Shown here piece by piece: positions 43,830 through 56,599 of a stretch of DNA of 64,000 nucleotides (positions within the stretch are counted from its first letter, which is position 1; the number at the start of each line of letters is the position of its first letter). Origin of the DNA: the human T2T-CHM13v2.0 reference genome, Homo sapiens. A program made the position numbers and the translations under genes. The stretch lies in NCBI RefSeq assembly GCF_009914755.1, contig NC_060929.1; one strand, given 5' to 3'. The notes below the pieces were generated by a model, which did no database searches, was not told the DNA's origin, and was given only the letters and a program-made list of their open reading frames with translations.

Positions 43830-44345
43830 AAATAAATACACTTTCAGAAAAATAAAAGCTGAGATAATTTATACTTTTAATTTCCATTTTTTTGTTCAGC
43901 CTTTTTGGGATTTTATATTTAAAGTATGCATTTTAGGTAACATATTATTCAGTGTTGCTTTCATCCCGAATACTGAATTATTCTTCTTATGTGAAGCATA
44001 TAAAATAGTCAAACGTACAGAACTTACTTCTTTCCTGACTTACTTTACATTAGTTAAATATTTTTTTAGTATTCATTTTGATTTATTCTATTGGCACCAT
44101 AGCTCAGCTGCCTCATTATTTTGCCCATAGGTGCTCTATGGTTATCAGTATGCATTCTTACCTTATCAAAGACTATTTGGAATTAATGTTGTTACCAGTT
44201 TACATTATAAAATTCACTTTATTCTTGACACTTTCCACTTACTACTTCATACTTGCCAACTTACTTCACACCTCATATTTTCCAGATTCCACATCACATC
44301 ACCTTGTCTACTTTCTATATTAAAAACTTATAACTAAAAACAATA
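43830..44345 (-). mobile_element. Old L1M fragment
   Basis: Antisense L1-like aaagtatgcattttaggtaacata...; apparently continues at 45710-46465. Confidence 0.35.
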
Positions 44346-44365
44346 CAATCTCATTTGGCATTGCC

Positions 44366-45536
44366 CATCCTTCTGCTTTTGTGAGATGTCTTTTCCATTA
44401 TATATGCATATATACTATATATATGTACACATATAATATATATACATATATTATGTAATATATATGTAACATATATGTAACATAAAATATATACATATAT
44501 ACATATATTATATATGTATATATTATGTATGTAATATATACATACATAATATATACATATATAATATATACACATGATATACATACATAAGTGTATATAT
44601 AAGTATATGGTATATACATATATAGACTATATATACATACATGTATATATAGTATATGTACTATATATGCATATATACTATATATGTGTATATATACATA
44701 TGTGTATATATACATATGTGTATATATACATCCTGCTTTTGTGAGATGTCTATTTCATTATATATGCATATATACTATATATGTGTATATATACATACAT
44801 TATACATGTGTATATATATGTATGTCTGTGTATATATACATACATTATATGTGTATATATACATATATTACATATATGTATATATACACAAATAGATATA
44901 ATATATGTATATATACACATATATAATGTATGTATATATACACATATATGTATATATGTATATATACATATATAATATATTATATTTACACATATATTAT
45001 ATATCATATATTTTACATATTATAATTATGTGTATATATTATATATTTTATATAATATATATACATTATAATATAATAATATGACTACTATGTATCTATA
45101 TATTATATAATATATGTATATATACATATATAATGGAAAGACATCTCATATATACATATTTAATATATAATTATATATGTATATATAATTATATATAATT
45201 ATTATAATTATGTACATATAATATAATATATTGTGTATATACATCATATTATAATATATGTATCTATATATTATATAATATATTATATACATATATAATA
45301 TATGTATATATACACATATATAGTATATATGCATATATAATGGAAAAGACATCTCACAAAAGCAGAAGGATGTATATATACACATATATGTATATACAAA
45401 CATATATACGTATATATGCATATATAGTCTATATGTATGTATATACTATATACGTATATATACTTATATACTATATACATATGTATATACTTATATATTT
45501 ATATGTGTATTTGGGATTACATATACATATACATAT
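44366..45536. repeat. ~1.1-kb (TA)n/(TACA)n/(TATG)n array with four embedded copies of a unique cassette, two direct and two inverted
   Basis: catccttctgcttttgtgagatgtcttttccattatatatgc at 44366 (+), 44729 (+), 45126-45148 (-, partial) and 45318-45372 (-). Confidence 0.92.
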
Positions 45537-45709
45537 GTAACTAGGGTTACAGATGCCCGCCACCATGCCCAGCTAATTTTTGTATTTTTAGTAGAGACAG
45601 GATCTTGCTATGTTGGCCAGGCTGGTCTCAAACTCCTGACCTCAGGTGATCCACCCCACTCAGCCTCCCAAAACGCTGGGTTTACAGGCGTGAGTCACCG
45701 TACCCAGCC
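45537..45709 (-). mobile_element. 3'-truncated AluS (left arm, linker and start of right arm)
   Basis: gcccagctaatttttgtatttttagtagagac...aactcctgacctcaggtgatcc...acccagcc; no poly(A) end. Confidence 0.9.
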
Positions 45710-46465
45710 CAATAAATGTTTAAAGAAGCATCTGTTTTCATCTTTATTTATATTTCTTCACCCTGAGGTATATCAGTTAGCATTTCTTGGAATGTTTGTT
45801 GAGTGATGATAAAATTCCCTCAGGTATTTTCTTATCTGATAATATTTTATTTTGGTCTTAATTTTAACATAGTTAAAAGATCATGTGTTAACATTTTGTT
45901 TTTATCTTTCCGCCCCTTAATAATGTTATTCCAGTGTCTTCTGGTCCACACTGTTTCTGACTGGAAGTAATTTTTCAAGTATTTTTCTCCTGTGTTTTGT
46001 CCTCCGGTTGCTTTAAATGTTGTCATCTTGACTTTCATTTTCGTCAGTTTGATCATGAAGTGCCTAAATGTGATTTTATTCTTTTGATTTTTATGTTGGA
46101 ATTTGTTCAGCTCTTTGTATACCTGCATTATTCTTTTCAATCAAATTTGAGAAAATGTTTCTATTACAATTTCCTCAAATATTTTTCCATTCCATTATCT
46201 CACTTTCTTCCTCAGTTAGGATTCTAATTACCTACACATTAAAATGCTTAATATAGTCACACAAACCCCTGAGCATATTTTCATTTTTAGTCATTTAAAA
46301 AAATATTTTTGTGATTGAAATATTTTTATTAATCTTTCTTCAGGTTCAGTGACTCTCCAATTCTCTTTCTCATTCTGTCATTTCTAGTTTAACCTTAAAG
46401 CAATTTCAGTTAATTATTCATCTCAATGAATATAATTTTTTAGATGTTGAATTTCCATTTGTTTC
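45710..46465 (-). mobile_element. Old L1M ORF1-region fragment
   Basis: Minus-strand ORF 45847-46140 gives ITFRHFMIKLTK...FQSETVWTRRHWNNIIK, which is L1 ORF1-like. Confidence 0.7.
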
Positions 46466-47323
46466 TTTTTTTTTAAAATTATACTTTAAGTTTTGGGGTA
46501 CATGTGCAGAACGTGCAGGTTTTTTACATAGATATACACGTGCCATGGTGGTTTGCTGCACCCATCAACCAGTCATCTGCATTAGGTATTTCTCCAAATG
46601 CTATCCCTCTCCTAGCCCCTCACCAACCAACAGGTCCTGGTGTGTGATGTTCCACTCCCTGTGTCCATGTGTTCTCATTGTTCAACTCTCACTTATGAGT
46701 GAGAACATGCAGTGTTTGGTTTTCTGTTTCTGTGTTAGTTTGCTGAGAATGATGTTTTTCAGCTTCATCCATGTCCCTGCAAAGGACATGAACTCATCCT
46801 TTTTAATGGCTGCATAGTACTCCACGCTGTGTATGTGCCACATTTTCTTTATCCAGTCTATCATTAATGGGCATTTAGATTGGTTCCAAGTCTTTGCTAT
46901 AGTAAACAGTGATGCAATAAACATATATGCACATGTGTTTTTATAGTAAAATGATTTATAATCTTTTGGGTATATGCCCAGTAATGAGATTACTGGGTCA
47001 AATGGTATTTCTGGTTCTAGATCTTGAGGAATGGCCACACTGTCTTCCACAATGGCTGAACTTCCCACCAACAGTGTAAAAGCATTTACACTCCCACCAA
47101 CAGTGTAAAAGCGTTCCTATTTCTCCACATCTTCTCCAGCATCTGTTGTTTCCTGACTTTTGAATGATTGCCATTATAACTGGCTTGAGATGGTATCTCA
47201 TTGTGGTTTTGATTTGCAATTCTCTAATGACCAGTGATGGTGAGCTTTTTTAACATGTTTGTGGGCCACATAGATTTCTTTTTTTGAGAAGTGTCTGTTC
47301 ACATCCTTCACCCACTTTTTGAT

Positions 47324-47355
<32 letters not shown>

Positions 47356-48497
47356 TAAATTTGTTTAAGTTCCTTGCAGACTCTGGTATTAGCCCTTTGT
47401 CAGATGGATAGATTACAAAAATTTTCTCCCATTCTATAGGTTGCCTGCTCACTCTGATGGTAGTTTCTTTTGCTGTGCAGAAGCTCTTTAGTTTAATTAA
47501 ATCCCATTTGTCAATTTTGGCTTTGGTGCCATTGCTTTTGGTGTTTTAGTCATGACGTCTTTTCCCATGCCTATGTCCTGAGGTATTGCCGAGGTTTTCT
47601 TCTAGGGTTTCTATGTTTTTAGGTCTTCTGCTTAAGTCTTTAATTCATCTTGAGTTAATTTTTGTATAAGGTGTAAGGAAGGTGTCCTGTTTCAGTTTTC
47701 TACATATGGCTAGCCAGTTTTTGCAACACCATTTATTAAATAGGGAATCCTTTCCCCATTGCTTGTTTTTGTCAGGTTTGTCAAAGATCAGATGGTTGTA
47801 GATGTGTGGTATTATTTCTGAGGGCTCTGTTCTGTTCCATTGGTCTATATATCCGTTTTGGTACTAGTACCATGTGTTTTGGTTACTGTAGTCTTGCAGT
47901 ACAGTTTGAAGTCAGCTAGTGTGATGCCTCCAGATTTATTTATTTATTGATTTTTTTTTTTTTGCTTAGGAATTTCTTGGCTATACGGGCTCTTTTTTAG
48001 TTCCATATGAAATTTAAATTAGTTTTTTCTAATCCTGTGAAGAAAGTCAATGGTAGTTTGATGGGGATAGCATTGAATTTATAAATTGCTTTGTGCAGTA
48101 TGGCCATTTTCACAATATTGATTCTTCCTATCCATGAGCATGGAATGTTTTTCCATTTGTTTGTGTCCTCTCTTATTTCCTGATCTAATGGTTTGTAGTT
48201 TTCCTTGAAGAGGTCCTTCACATCCTTTGTAAGTTGTATTCCTAGCTATTTTATTCTCTTTGTAGCAATTGTGAATGGGAGTTCAGTCATGATTTGCCTC
48301 TCTGTCTGTTAATGGTGTATAGTAATGCTTGTGATTTTTGCACATTGATATTTTATGCTGAGACTTTGCTGAAGTTGCTTATCAGCTTAAGGAGATTTTG
48401 GGCTGAGATGATGGGGTTTTCTAACTATATAATCATATCATCTGCAAACAGACAATTTGACTTCCTCTCTTCCTATTTGAATACCCTTTATTTCTCT
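46466..48497 (-). mobile_element. L1PA7-like 3' 2 kb (ORF2 C-terminal part and 3'UTR)
   Basis: catgtgcagaacgtgcagg...gccatggtggtttgctgcacccatcaacc; ORF fragments [11 protein letters not shown] and [11 protein letters not shown]; T30 tract at 47325-47354. Confidence 0.93.
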
Positions 48498-48744
48498 TTT
48501 ACATGTACTTTTAAATTGCTGTCTGAATTATCTATATTTTATTTATATAAATGATTTATTTATTATTGTTTATATTACTGACTTTTAATTTTTGAACACA
48601 TTTTCTGTAATTATTTGAATCAATTTATAACACCTTTAAATTTGTCTCTTCTAACAGTAATATCTGGCTATTAGGACATCTGTTTCTTGAACTTGGGTCA
48701 CATTTTCTTGTTTATTTTCAAGTCTAGTAATTATTTTATTGTGC

Positions 48745-49075
48745 ACTTTTGTTTTAGAATAGTTTATAGCTATAGAATAAATATAATACATAATATAATA
48801 TATAATATATTATAACTGTGATATATAAATATAATAAATATAGAGATTTTTCTGTAACACCCAAGTATTTTTAATTATCAATGTTTTATATTAGTATGGT
48901 AAATTTGTCATAATTCATGAACCAATTTTGATTCATTATTTCCTAAAGCCAATATGCAACTCAGATTCTCTTAATTTTCATGTAATGCCCTCTTTCTCTT
49001 CCAGGATCCTGTCTATGACACTACTTTCTTTTTAGTAGTTATGCTTCCTTAGGCTCCTCTCGGCTCTGACAGTTG
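48745..49075 (-). mobile_element. L1MC-type 3'UTR fragment
   Basis: ttttagaatagttt...attagtatggtaaatttgtcata...tgaaccaat...ttccaggatcc...ccttaggctcctct. Confidence 0.55.
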
Positions 49076-49170
49076 TAGTTAATTTTCTTTATTGTGTAAT
49101 GGGCATTACATATGATACACTGGAGATAATTAAATATTATAATGTACCTTTTAGAGGTAGGTCATAGTGT

Positions 49171-49652
49171 TGTTACCAAAACACTAGGCATTTGGTCTAG
49201 TTACTGTGGGTTACCACACAGAAAGCCAGTCACTGAGACAAATTAGTATTGTTAGGGAGGAAGGCCTTAATTAGATGCTGCAGCTGAGGAGATGGAAGAT
49301 AAGTCTTAAGTCCATTTTTCTGACCAAATAAAATTGGGTGTTTACATAGAGGGAAAGAAATGTAACTACATGCAGGTACACAGAAATTAGGGAGGGGTAA
49401 GGAAGAGAAGGTGGTCGCTTAGGCAATCATGATGAGTGAGAGGTCTAGTGTCTCATTGTCCAGATGCAGTGATCTGGTAAGTTTCAGTTCCTTGATACTG
49501 TCTGGGAGGCCTGATGGTTGATTTCCTGAGGAAGAAACTGAGATAAGGCAAACATAACATTCTCAAGTTTTAAGACTAGGTGAGTCAGTTTCTATGCTTA
49601 TTCAAAAGAATCCCATAGACATCAATCCTCTGAGACAACTGGGTCAGTTTCA
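49171..49652 (-). mobile_element. ERV1 MER4-group 3' LTR (LTR54-like)
   Basis: Reverse complement runs TGAAACTGACCC...TTGGTAACA, preceded on the minus strand by a purine-rich PPT-like tract. Confidence 0.75.
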
Positions 49653-52600
49653 GTCCCCTACTTTATATTTATTAATTTCTTAATAATAGCAAATCTGATA
49701 GTTGATCTTTCTGGCTGCTTCATGCTGAGGAGGGGCATTATGGGCAGCTCCATATCATGGGTGGCCAGGTGGCCACCCAGAAATCAAAGGTTAATCTAAT
49801 ACTATAGTTTTCTTTTGAAACACACACACTCTCTCTCTAGTCTCCCACTGCCACCAAAGACAAATCACGGCAAGACCATCCTAGCTGCAAAATAAGCTTC
49901 AGTCATGCTATACTTGTCCTGATTACCTACACGAAGTACAAAAAGAATCATTGTCCATATATGCACTCCTAAATTGACTTTGCTGGAACCTGTCACAAGG
50001 AACCTCAGACTCAATCTCCAAAGGCCTCTTGATCCCAGCCAAAGACTCATCTGCACCTCCAGTTACCTGCATGAATTGGGAGAATGCTTCTTTTCTGTTG
50101 GCCCCCAAACAACTTGAGGTCCCTGGTTCTGTCAGAAAGTGACACCATCAACATACCAGAGGCCAAGAACCCTGCAAAGGAACTGTGTAGACAAAGTAAG
50201 AGGCCAGAACTTTTACAGGGTTTTCATTGGCTCTGTAATCAATATCAATTTCTCAAAGCAATGTGTTCATATATGAAAACATGCCATTTCAGTCAAAGTC
50301 CTGAGAGAATAACCAGTTTCTTCAACTGTGTCCTTTATCAAAGAAAAAAGATTCTTATTGAACTTATGCAAACAACTACATTATCATGAATTATCAATAT
50401 TCACAAATAATTTCTGTGCTCTGGAGAACTCAGGCACAGAGAGAGAAATATGTCTTAAATTCTGTTGACAAGAGTATACTCTACTCAGTTGTTGAAGGCT
50501 ATAAATAGCTCAAAAGAAAAAGTTCTCCAGATTCTGAAAAACAAGACGACAAAAATCAGCAATATGTTAAACAAACAAACAAAAAAGCCAAAAATATATT
50601 TCAGTCCTCCATTACCTCAGTCCATGCAATCAACTCCTGCTCTGCTTCATACTGGGCTAGCAATTTTTATGAAAGCATCAGCCTTTTGACCATACTGTAA
50701 AAAGTTTGACCATACTGTAAAAATTTTATACAAATTTTATAATTTTTTAAATTAAAGATCAGATTAATGCTCCAAGAGAACCCTCTTATTCCAACACAGA
50801 GGTCCAAATGCTGGCCTTCCATCAGTGTGCTATTGACATTAATGTTTAATTTATAGAAAAATCCTGAGCTAATTATATCCCTCAGAATTAGCCCTTAAAA
50901 TCTTACATGTTCACCTCTTCCATGATAGTCACTGGGCCTAGATGGACTTACTAGTTTTAATTTCTGGCCACATGTCTCACAAAAGCAGTTTATTTTTATT
51001 TTCACCTCCTCACGGTCTAAAGACAAGGCTTTGACTAGTGTCAATATTCACAACTTAGCAGAAGTCAATGTCATTTTCAGAACCAGGAGTCAAATCCCTG
51101 TAACTAAAGAGCACAAGGATTCGTTAATAGAACATTTATATGGCAGAAAATCCTATCATTCTAGCATGTCACAAATTAAAACACCGTGATATGGTGTCTA
51201 CTCAGCACTTCAAACCACTTAGTTTGTTGAGTTTACTCCTTGCATATGTCTAATTGCTAGCATTCTAGTGATAGAACTATGACCAAAAGGATACAAAATG
51301 TGATCAGTACTGTACCAAACTTATTGAAGTAAAACAACTAACTTTTCTTTGCAACAACCAAAAAATGGTAAATGCAAATATTAGTTCTGGAAATTCAGTC
51401 TAAGGATAAATAATCTTTCACTCTAAGTACTATACAACAAAACAAGGACAAAGTAAGAACGGGCTCACAATAATTTCTTTTCAGCTATTTTAAGAGTATT
51501 GTCACACATTTTCGAGATTCCTTTTTAGTTACAGTGCTAACAACTTATTAGGTAACTTTAACCACAAGACTCTTCAAACCATTGCAACACTTGTACATAT
51601 TTTCTTTTCAAGTACACACGTGAAAACCCAATAGTGATAAAACAACTACAAAGTTTCACTGTTTTTTTCTACTACTTAATCCAAGTAAATGTCACTTAAT
51701 TTTAATAATGGTAAACGCAGCTAAAATAGAGAAAAATCTCAGTCAATATAATTTTCTTAAAAACAAGGCTAATCTTTCCTATCATTAATAATTTGTACCC
51801 ATATCACAATTTTTCCTCATTACTTAAGGAAAATATCTGAAACCAATTCATATTATTGATTGACTTTGGAAATGAACACTGTATTTAAACATTTCTGTGT
51901 TCGCTTACTTTTCAAATTACAGAACAAATAATATACTATTTCTGTTAAGAAGTTATAAAAGTAAGTATTTTATTTTTTGGCCAGAAACTTCAAAGCCCTT
52001 ATAGCTCTCTAGATCATTAGGGGTAAGCAAAACGAATCCAATTTTAAATGGCTGGTGTGCTTATTATTTTTTGAAGGCTTGACAAAGAGAGCTTAGGATT
52101 TAAATAAATAAAGCAAATGATAAATTATTGGAAATGCATAGGAAACAAAAATTACTATTCATAGAATCAAATATAAGCCTTCCATTAGAAACTAAAAAAA
52201 AATCACTGGTTTTATATATGTATATGTAAGTAAAACCCAAAGGAGGACAAACAACAAATAAATAAAAATCAGAAGCACAAAGAAGTAAGCAGGAAACCAA
52301 CCGCAAATATTTCTCCTACCCAGTTTACCTTAGAGGCTATAGTGTTACCCAGAATCTTAATAAAGCTTGTGATAGATATGTTGCTCCTTGTATATAAATC
52401 AATGTCTTTAAGTCCACCAACACTGCTATACATTTTGTGCAAGTAAGAGATTTACCTCAGGCATATGACCAGTAAGTACTTTAGTGCTAGTACTATCTAT
52501 GCAGAATAGCAAATATAAAGTGAAACAAAGCATTGGAAGCATTTATGAGAAATTTGGCTCCATGTTAAAGCTGACTTCATGCTTAACTATATTAAAAAAG

Positions 52601-54478
52601 AGTTGCCGAACTGCCAAAATATTATTTACACTATTTCCTGTTTTATCTAACTTTATGAGTAGTGTTAATTAGACAAATCTCTCCAATTTTTGATCAGTTT
52701 CTAAAGAATTCTTTACTACCTAAAGTTTTTCAACTTTTTATTTTCTCTATATGTGCATAAAGATAGACACATACAGTAACAGGAAAAATAAAAACTGCAT
52801 ATGACTTAGGACAGACTATCTATAACATGTTTGGGCTTTCTGTTTTGTCATAATTTTTCTCTTTATTTTAAATAACCAGTCATCTAACTTTAGGACAAAC
52901 ATTTGCCATACCAGATTCTTTCTCATACAAAATTCCTCTCTTTTCTTTATAATCTTATTTACCAAAAATACAATTTCATATCATAACTTTCTTCACATCT
53001 CTCTCCCCTGCTTAATGGTTCCTTTCTACCTAATTTTAAAAATTTCAAGACCGTAATTTGAATTAATCTGTAGATAACTTGCGAATTAGACAAAATTATT
53101 CTTTTTCTCAATAAGGATACATATTTTTGGCATATTTCGTATACAGAATTATATATTAACTACAACTCTTATTCTTAGTAACATTACATGTTGCTGATAG
53201 ACCAGCAACAAATCCTGGTCTATCAAATATTAGCATTTTATAGATGAGAAATCCTACAATTTTGGAAATGACTCAGACATCCCAGGAGAAACAAAAGTAA
53301 TTTTAATATTTTTAAATTTCATTTATTCCATTAACATTTTATTCATTTTAGCAGTTTATCTACACTACTTATGAGAACTGAGATATTAGACAAAACTGGT
53401 AATCATTCCCTTGTTAATTATTTTATAACCTGTGAATATCAGGTGCCCACCCTAATAAGAACTTTAAATTTAACTACATGGGTGTTTCCACCAATAACTC
53501 AGAAGAGTCAACAATTTTCATTAAACCAACAACATTAAGTTAGTTTTACTTATCAAAAAAAAGTTACACAATGATCATTTTGTTTTGGCTGGGTTTATAG
53601 TTTTATAATATTCTATGCCAAACTCTGATAATTCAGTATATCTAACAGAGACAAATATGTAGACAAACCCAGACAAAAACATATGCTGACAATTCTGAAG
53701 GTATTTCTATTTTTATCTTACCAATAATTTTTTTATTGTACTTTAAGTTCTAAGGTACATGTGCACAATGTGCAGCCTTCTTACATATGTATACACGTGC
53801 CATGTTGGTGTGCTGCACCCATTATCTCGTCATTTACTTTAGGTATTTCTCCTAATGCTATCCTCCCCCCACCCCCCCACCCCACGAGAGGCCCCAGTGT
53901 GTGATGCTCCCCACCCTGTGTCCAAGTGTTCTCAGTATTCAATTCCCATGAGTGAGAACATGCAGTGTTTGGTTTTCTGTCTTTGCAATAGTTTACTCAG
54001 AATGATGGTTTCCAGCTTCACCCATATTTTTAAAGACAGCATGTTTAGTAAAGATTTACTTAAGTCAAGTAAACTTGAAAGTTGCCTAGACTGATTTACT
54101 TAATTTATGAGTGCTGTTTTATTTGTGGATCAATTTGGTGGACACAACATATAACATAATAAATGAATATACACATAAACAGATCTAAACATGTATAGAT
54201 ACACCCAAAGATCCAATAGCTTTTACCTCTGAACTCTAGTCATGAGGTAGCAATACAAACTCAACAGTTTGCAAACATGTTCACATGGCTAAACTTACTT
54301 GCCCCAATAGGTAATCCAATGAGGCTGTGAACCAAAATTTTGAGTAAAGCTATTTCCATGGCAGATTGATTTTTAAAGGCCAAACCTCCTCAATCTTTAA
54401 AGAACGCTGGGGCCAAACACACCACAGAAGAACATCAGGTACTAACCAGGCCCAACCCTGCTTAGAACAGCAGCTTTA
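49653..54478 (-). mobile_element. MER4-group non-autonomous ERV1 internal region; 5' LTR not found
   Basis: Contiguous with the LTR and PPT; MER4-int-type motifs such as tgctgacaattctgaag and acccaaagatccaatagcttttacc; no intact ORFs. Confidence 0.7.
53728..54024 (-). mobile_element. 5'-truncated L1PA (L1PA5-like) 3'UTR, ~300 bp, inserted in the ERV internal region
   Basis: tactttaagttctaaggtacatgtgcacaatgtgcag...gaatgatggtttccagcttca. Confidence 0.9.
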
Positions 54479-54885
54479 AGTATGTATAATTCCAGAATTC
54501 TCTGCCTATTTGGTACCGCCTTGATTTTTGGGAGTCTGTCTCAGTGAGAGTGGTTTATGTTTCCACTGTGTGCATACATAAGTGCACACAAGTCCGTACG
54601 ATGTCCACATGACTGCTGGAAAAGGCAGTAGCTTTGGATGGAGTATAGACATAGAGACTGAAGTTGTTAGACACATATGTATGAGAACCCCCCACCCCCA
54701 AGTTTGTAACTAAAACCAGAAGTTGGAAAAGACATGTGTTGTACAGACCAGCAGCCAGAGATCCACATTCCTGTGCTGACATACTGTGTTCCAGGACTCA
54801 AAAGAGTCAAAGAATTCTAGATTCAAGCCTACCTTATAAGTTATTTTTAAGGTATGCCTGTCCATTTAAGAAATAAAGTAACTTT

Positions 54886-55222
<337 letters not shown>

Positions 55223-56272
55223 TTATTTATCAAAGTATTAGCTAGATTTATGATGTGAAAGGTGTAGACAAGGTCTTTGAAGGTCCATCTGTATTTAGCC
55301 CAGGCCATATTAGAGGCAGGCCTGTTTAGATTAAGTGGCTAATTGTATCTACCATCATTAAACAAACAAACAAATAAATACCATGAAGATATTCTCTTAA
55401 TTCTTCAGCCATGTGCAACTGCATTACTTTAATAAATGTGTTATACTATTAACATTAGAAACAGAAAATGGGCTCTTGGAAATAGTTCATTAAAATGTTT
55501 CACAATAAAAAACCATAGAAGTATACTGAATAGGTCAGCCTTATATATGGAAATATAGAGGCTTTTTATACATGGAAATACAGAGGCTTTTAAATATCGT
55601 GCTAACCAGCTGAATATTTGTAATTATACAAGCCTGACTTCTCTACTTGAAAAAATGAAGTCCCACAAATAGATTTTTACTGTCACAATAATTACCTGAA
55701 TCATGCAAAGCCTATTCATTGTTGATATACTTGAAATCTAGACGAGCTCTAATCATGCTTGCTCCTCTTCCCAACACTTAGAAAAATAAATACCTGCTTC
55801 CACTTCTTTAAATGTCCTTTCTTACTTGAGATAATAAAATATTTTAAGATTATTTCAATATATGACCATATATTTAACATTAGACATTTTAACAAATATT
55901 TTTTGCTAATTGTTATATATGAATTTTTATATAGTGATACTGAAGTTCAATGACAGTATTACTTATACCAATGATCTTTTCTAATTTCTCTTATACTTTA
56001 CTGTATTTACTATTCTATTAATATTTTAATCTCATTTATTAGACCTAAACCAATAACAGCATATTTTAGTAGCTCCATAAACTCCATTGTCAGGTCAAAA
56101 CATTTCTTAGAAACATAAATTGAGAACACAAAAAATTACATGCTTATTCTATATAGGTATATATATGTATTGCATGTATGCTTTTATAAATGCATATATT
56201 ATGTGTATATGTATAATTATGTACACATGCAGTTAAGGAGCAATACGTTTTATGCTATAAAGAAATAATTGG

Positions 56273-56560
56273 GGCCGGGTGCAGTGGCTCATGCCTGTAA
56301 TTCCAGCACTTTGGAAGGTCGAGGGGGTAGATGACTTGAGATCAGGAGTTCGAGACCAGCCTGCCCAACATGGTGAAATCCCATCTTTACTAAAAAATAC
56401 AAAAATTAGCCGAGTGTGGTGGTGCACAGCTGTAATCCCAGCTACTAGGGAGGATGAGGCAGGAGAATCGCTTGAACCCAGGAGACGGAGGTTGTAGTGA
56501 GTTGAGATAGCACCACTGTACATGTACTCCAGCCTGGGTGACAGAGCAAGACTCCATCTA

Positions 56561-56598
<38 letters not shown>
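56273..56598 (+). mobile_element. AluS with (AAT)n microsatellite tail
   Basis: Full dimer; about 13 AAT units in the tail; aataattgg on both flanks as a TSD remnant. Confidence 0.95.

Positions 56599-56599
<1 letters not shown>

Noticed and set aside
44366-45372. Repeated cassette with spacers resembling a CRISPR array
   Set aside because: Mixed orientation, irregular spacing, low-complexity spacers, primate DNA and no cas genes
44351-45540. Many overlapping Y/I/M/C-rich ORFs
   Set aside because: Translation artefacts of (TA)n/(TACA)n repeats
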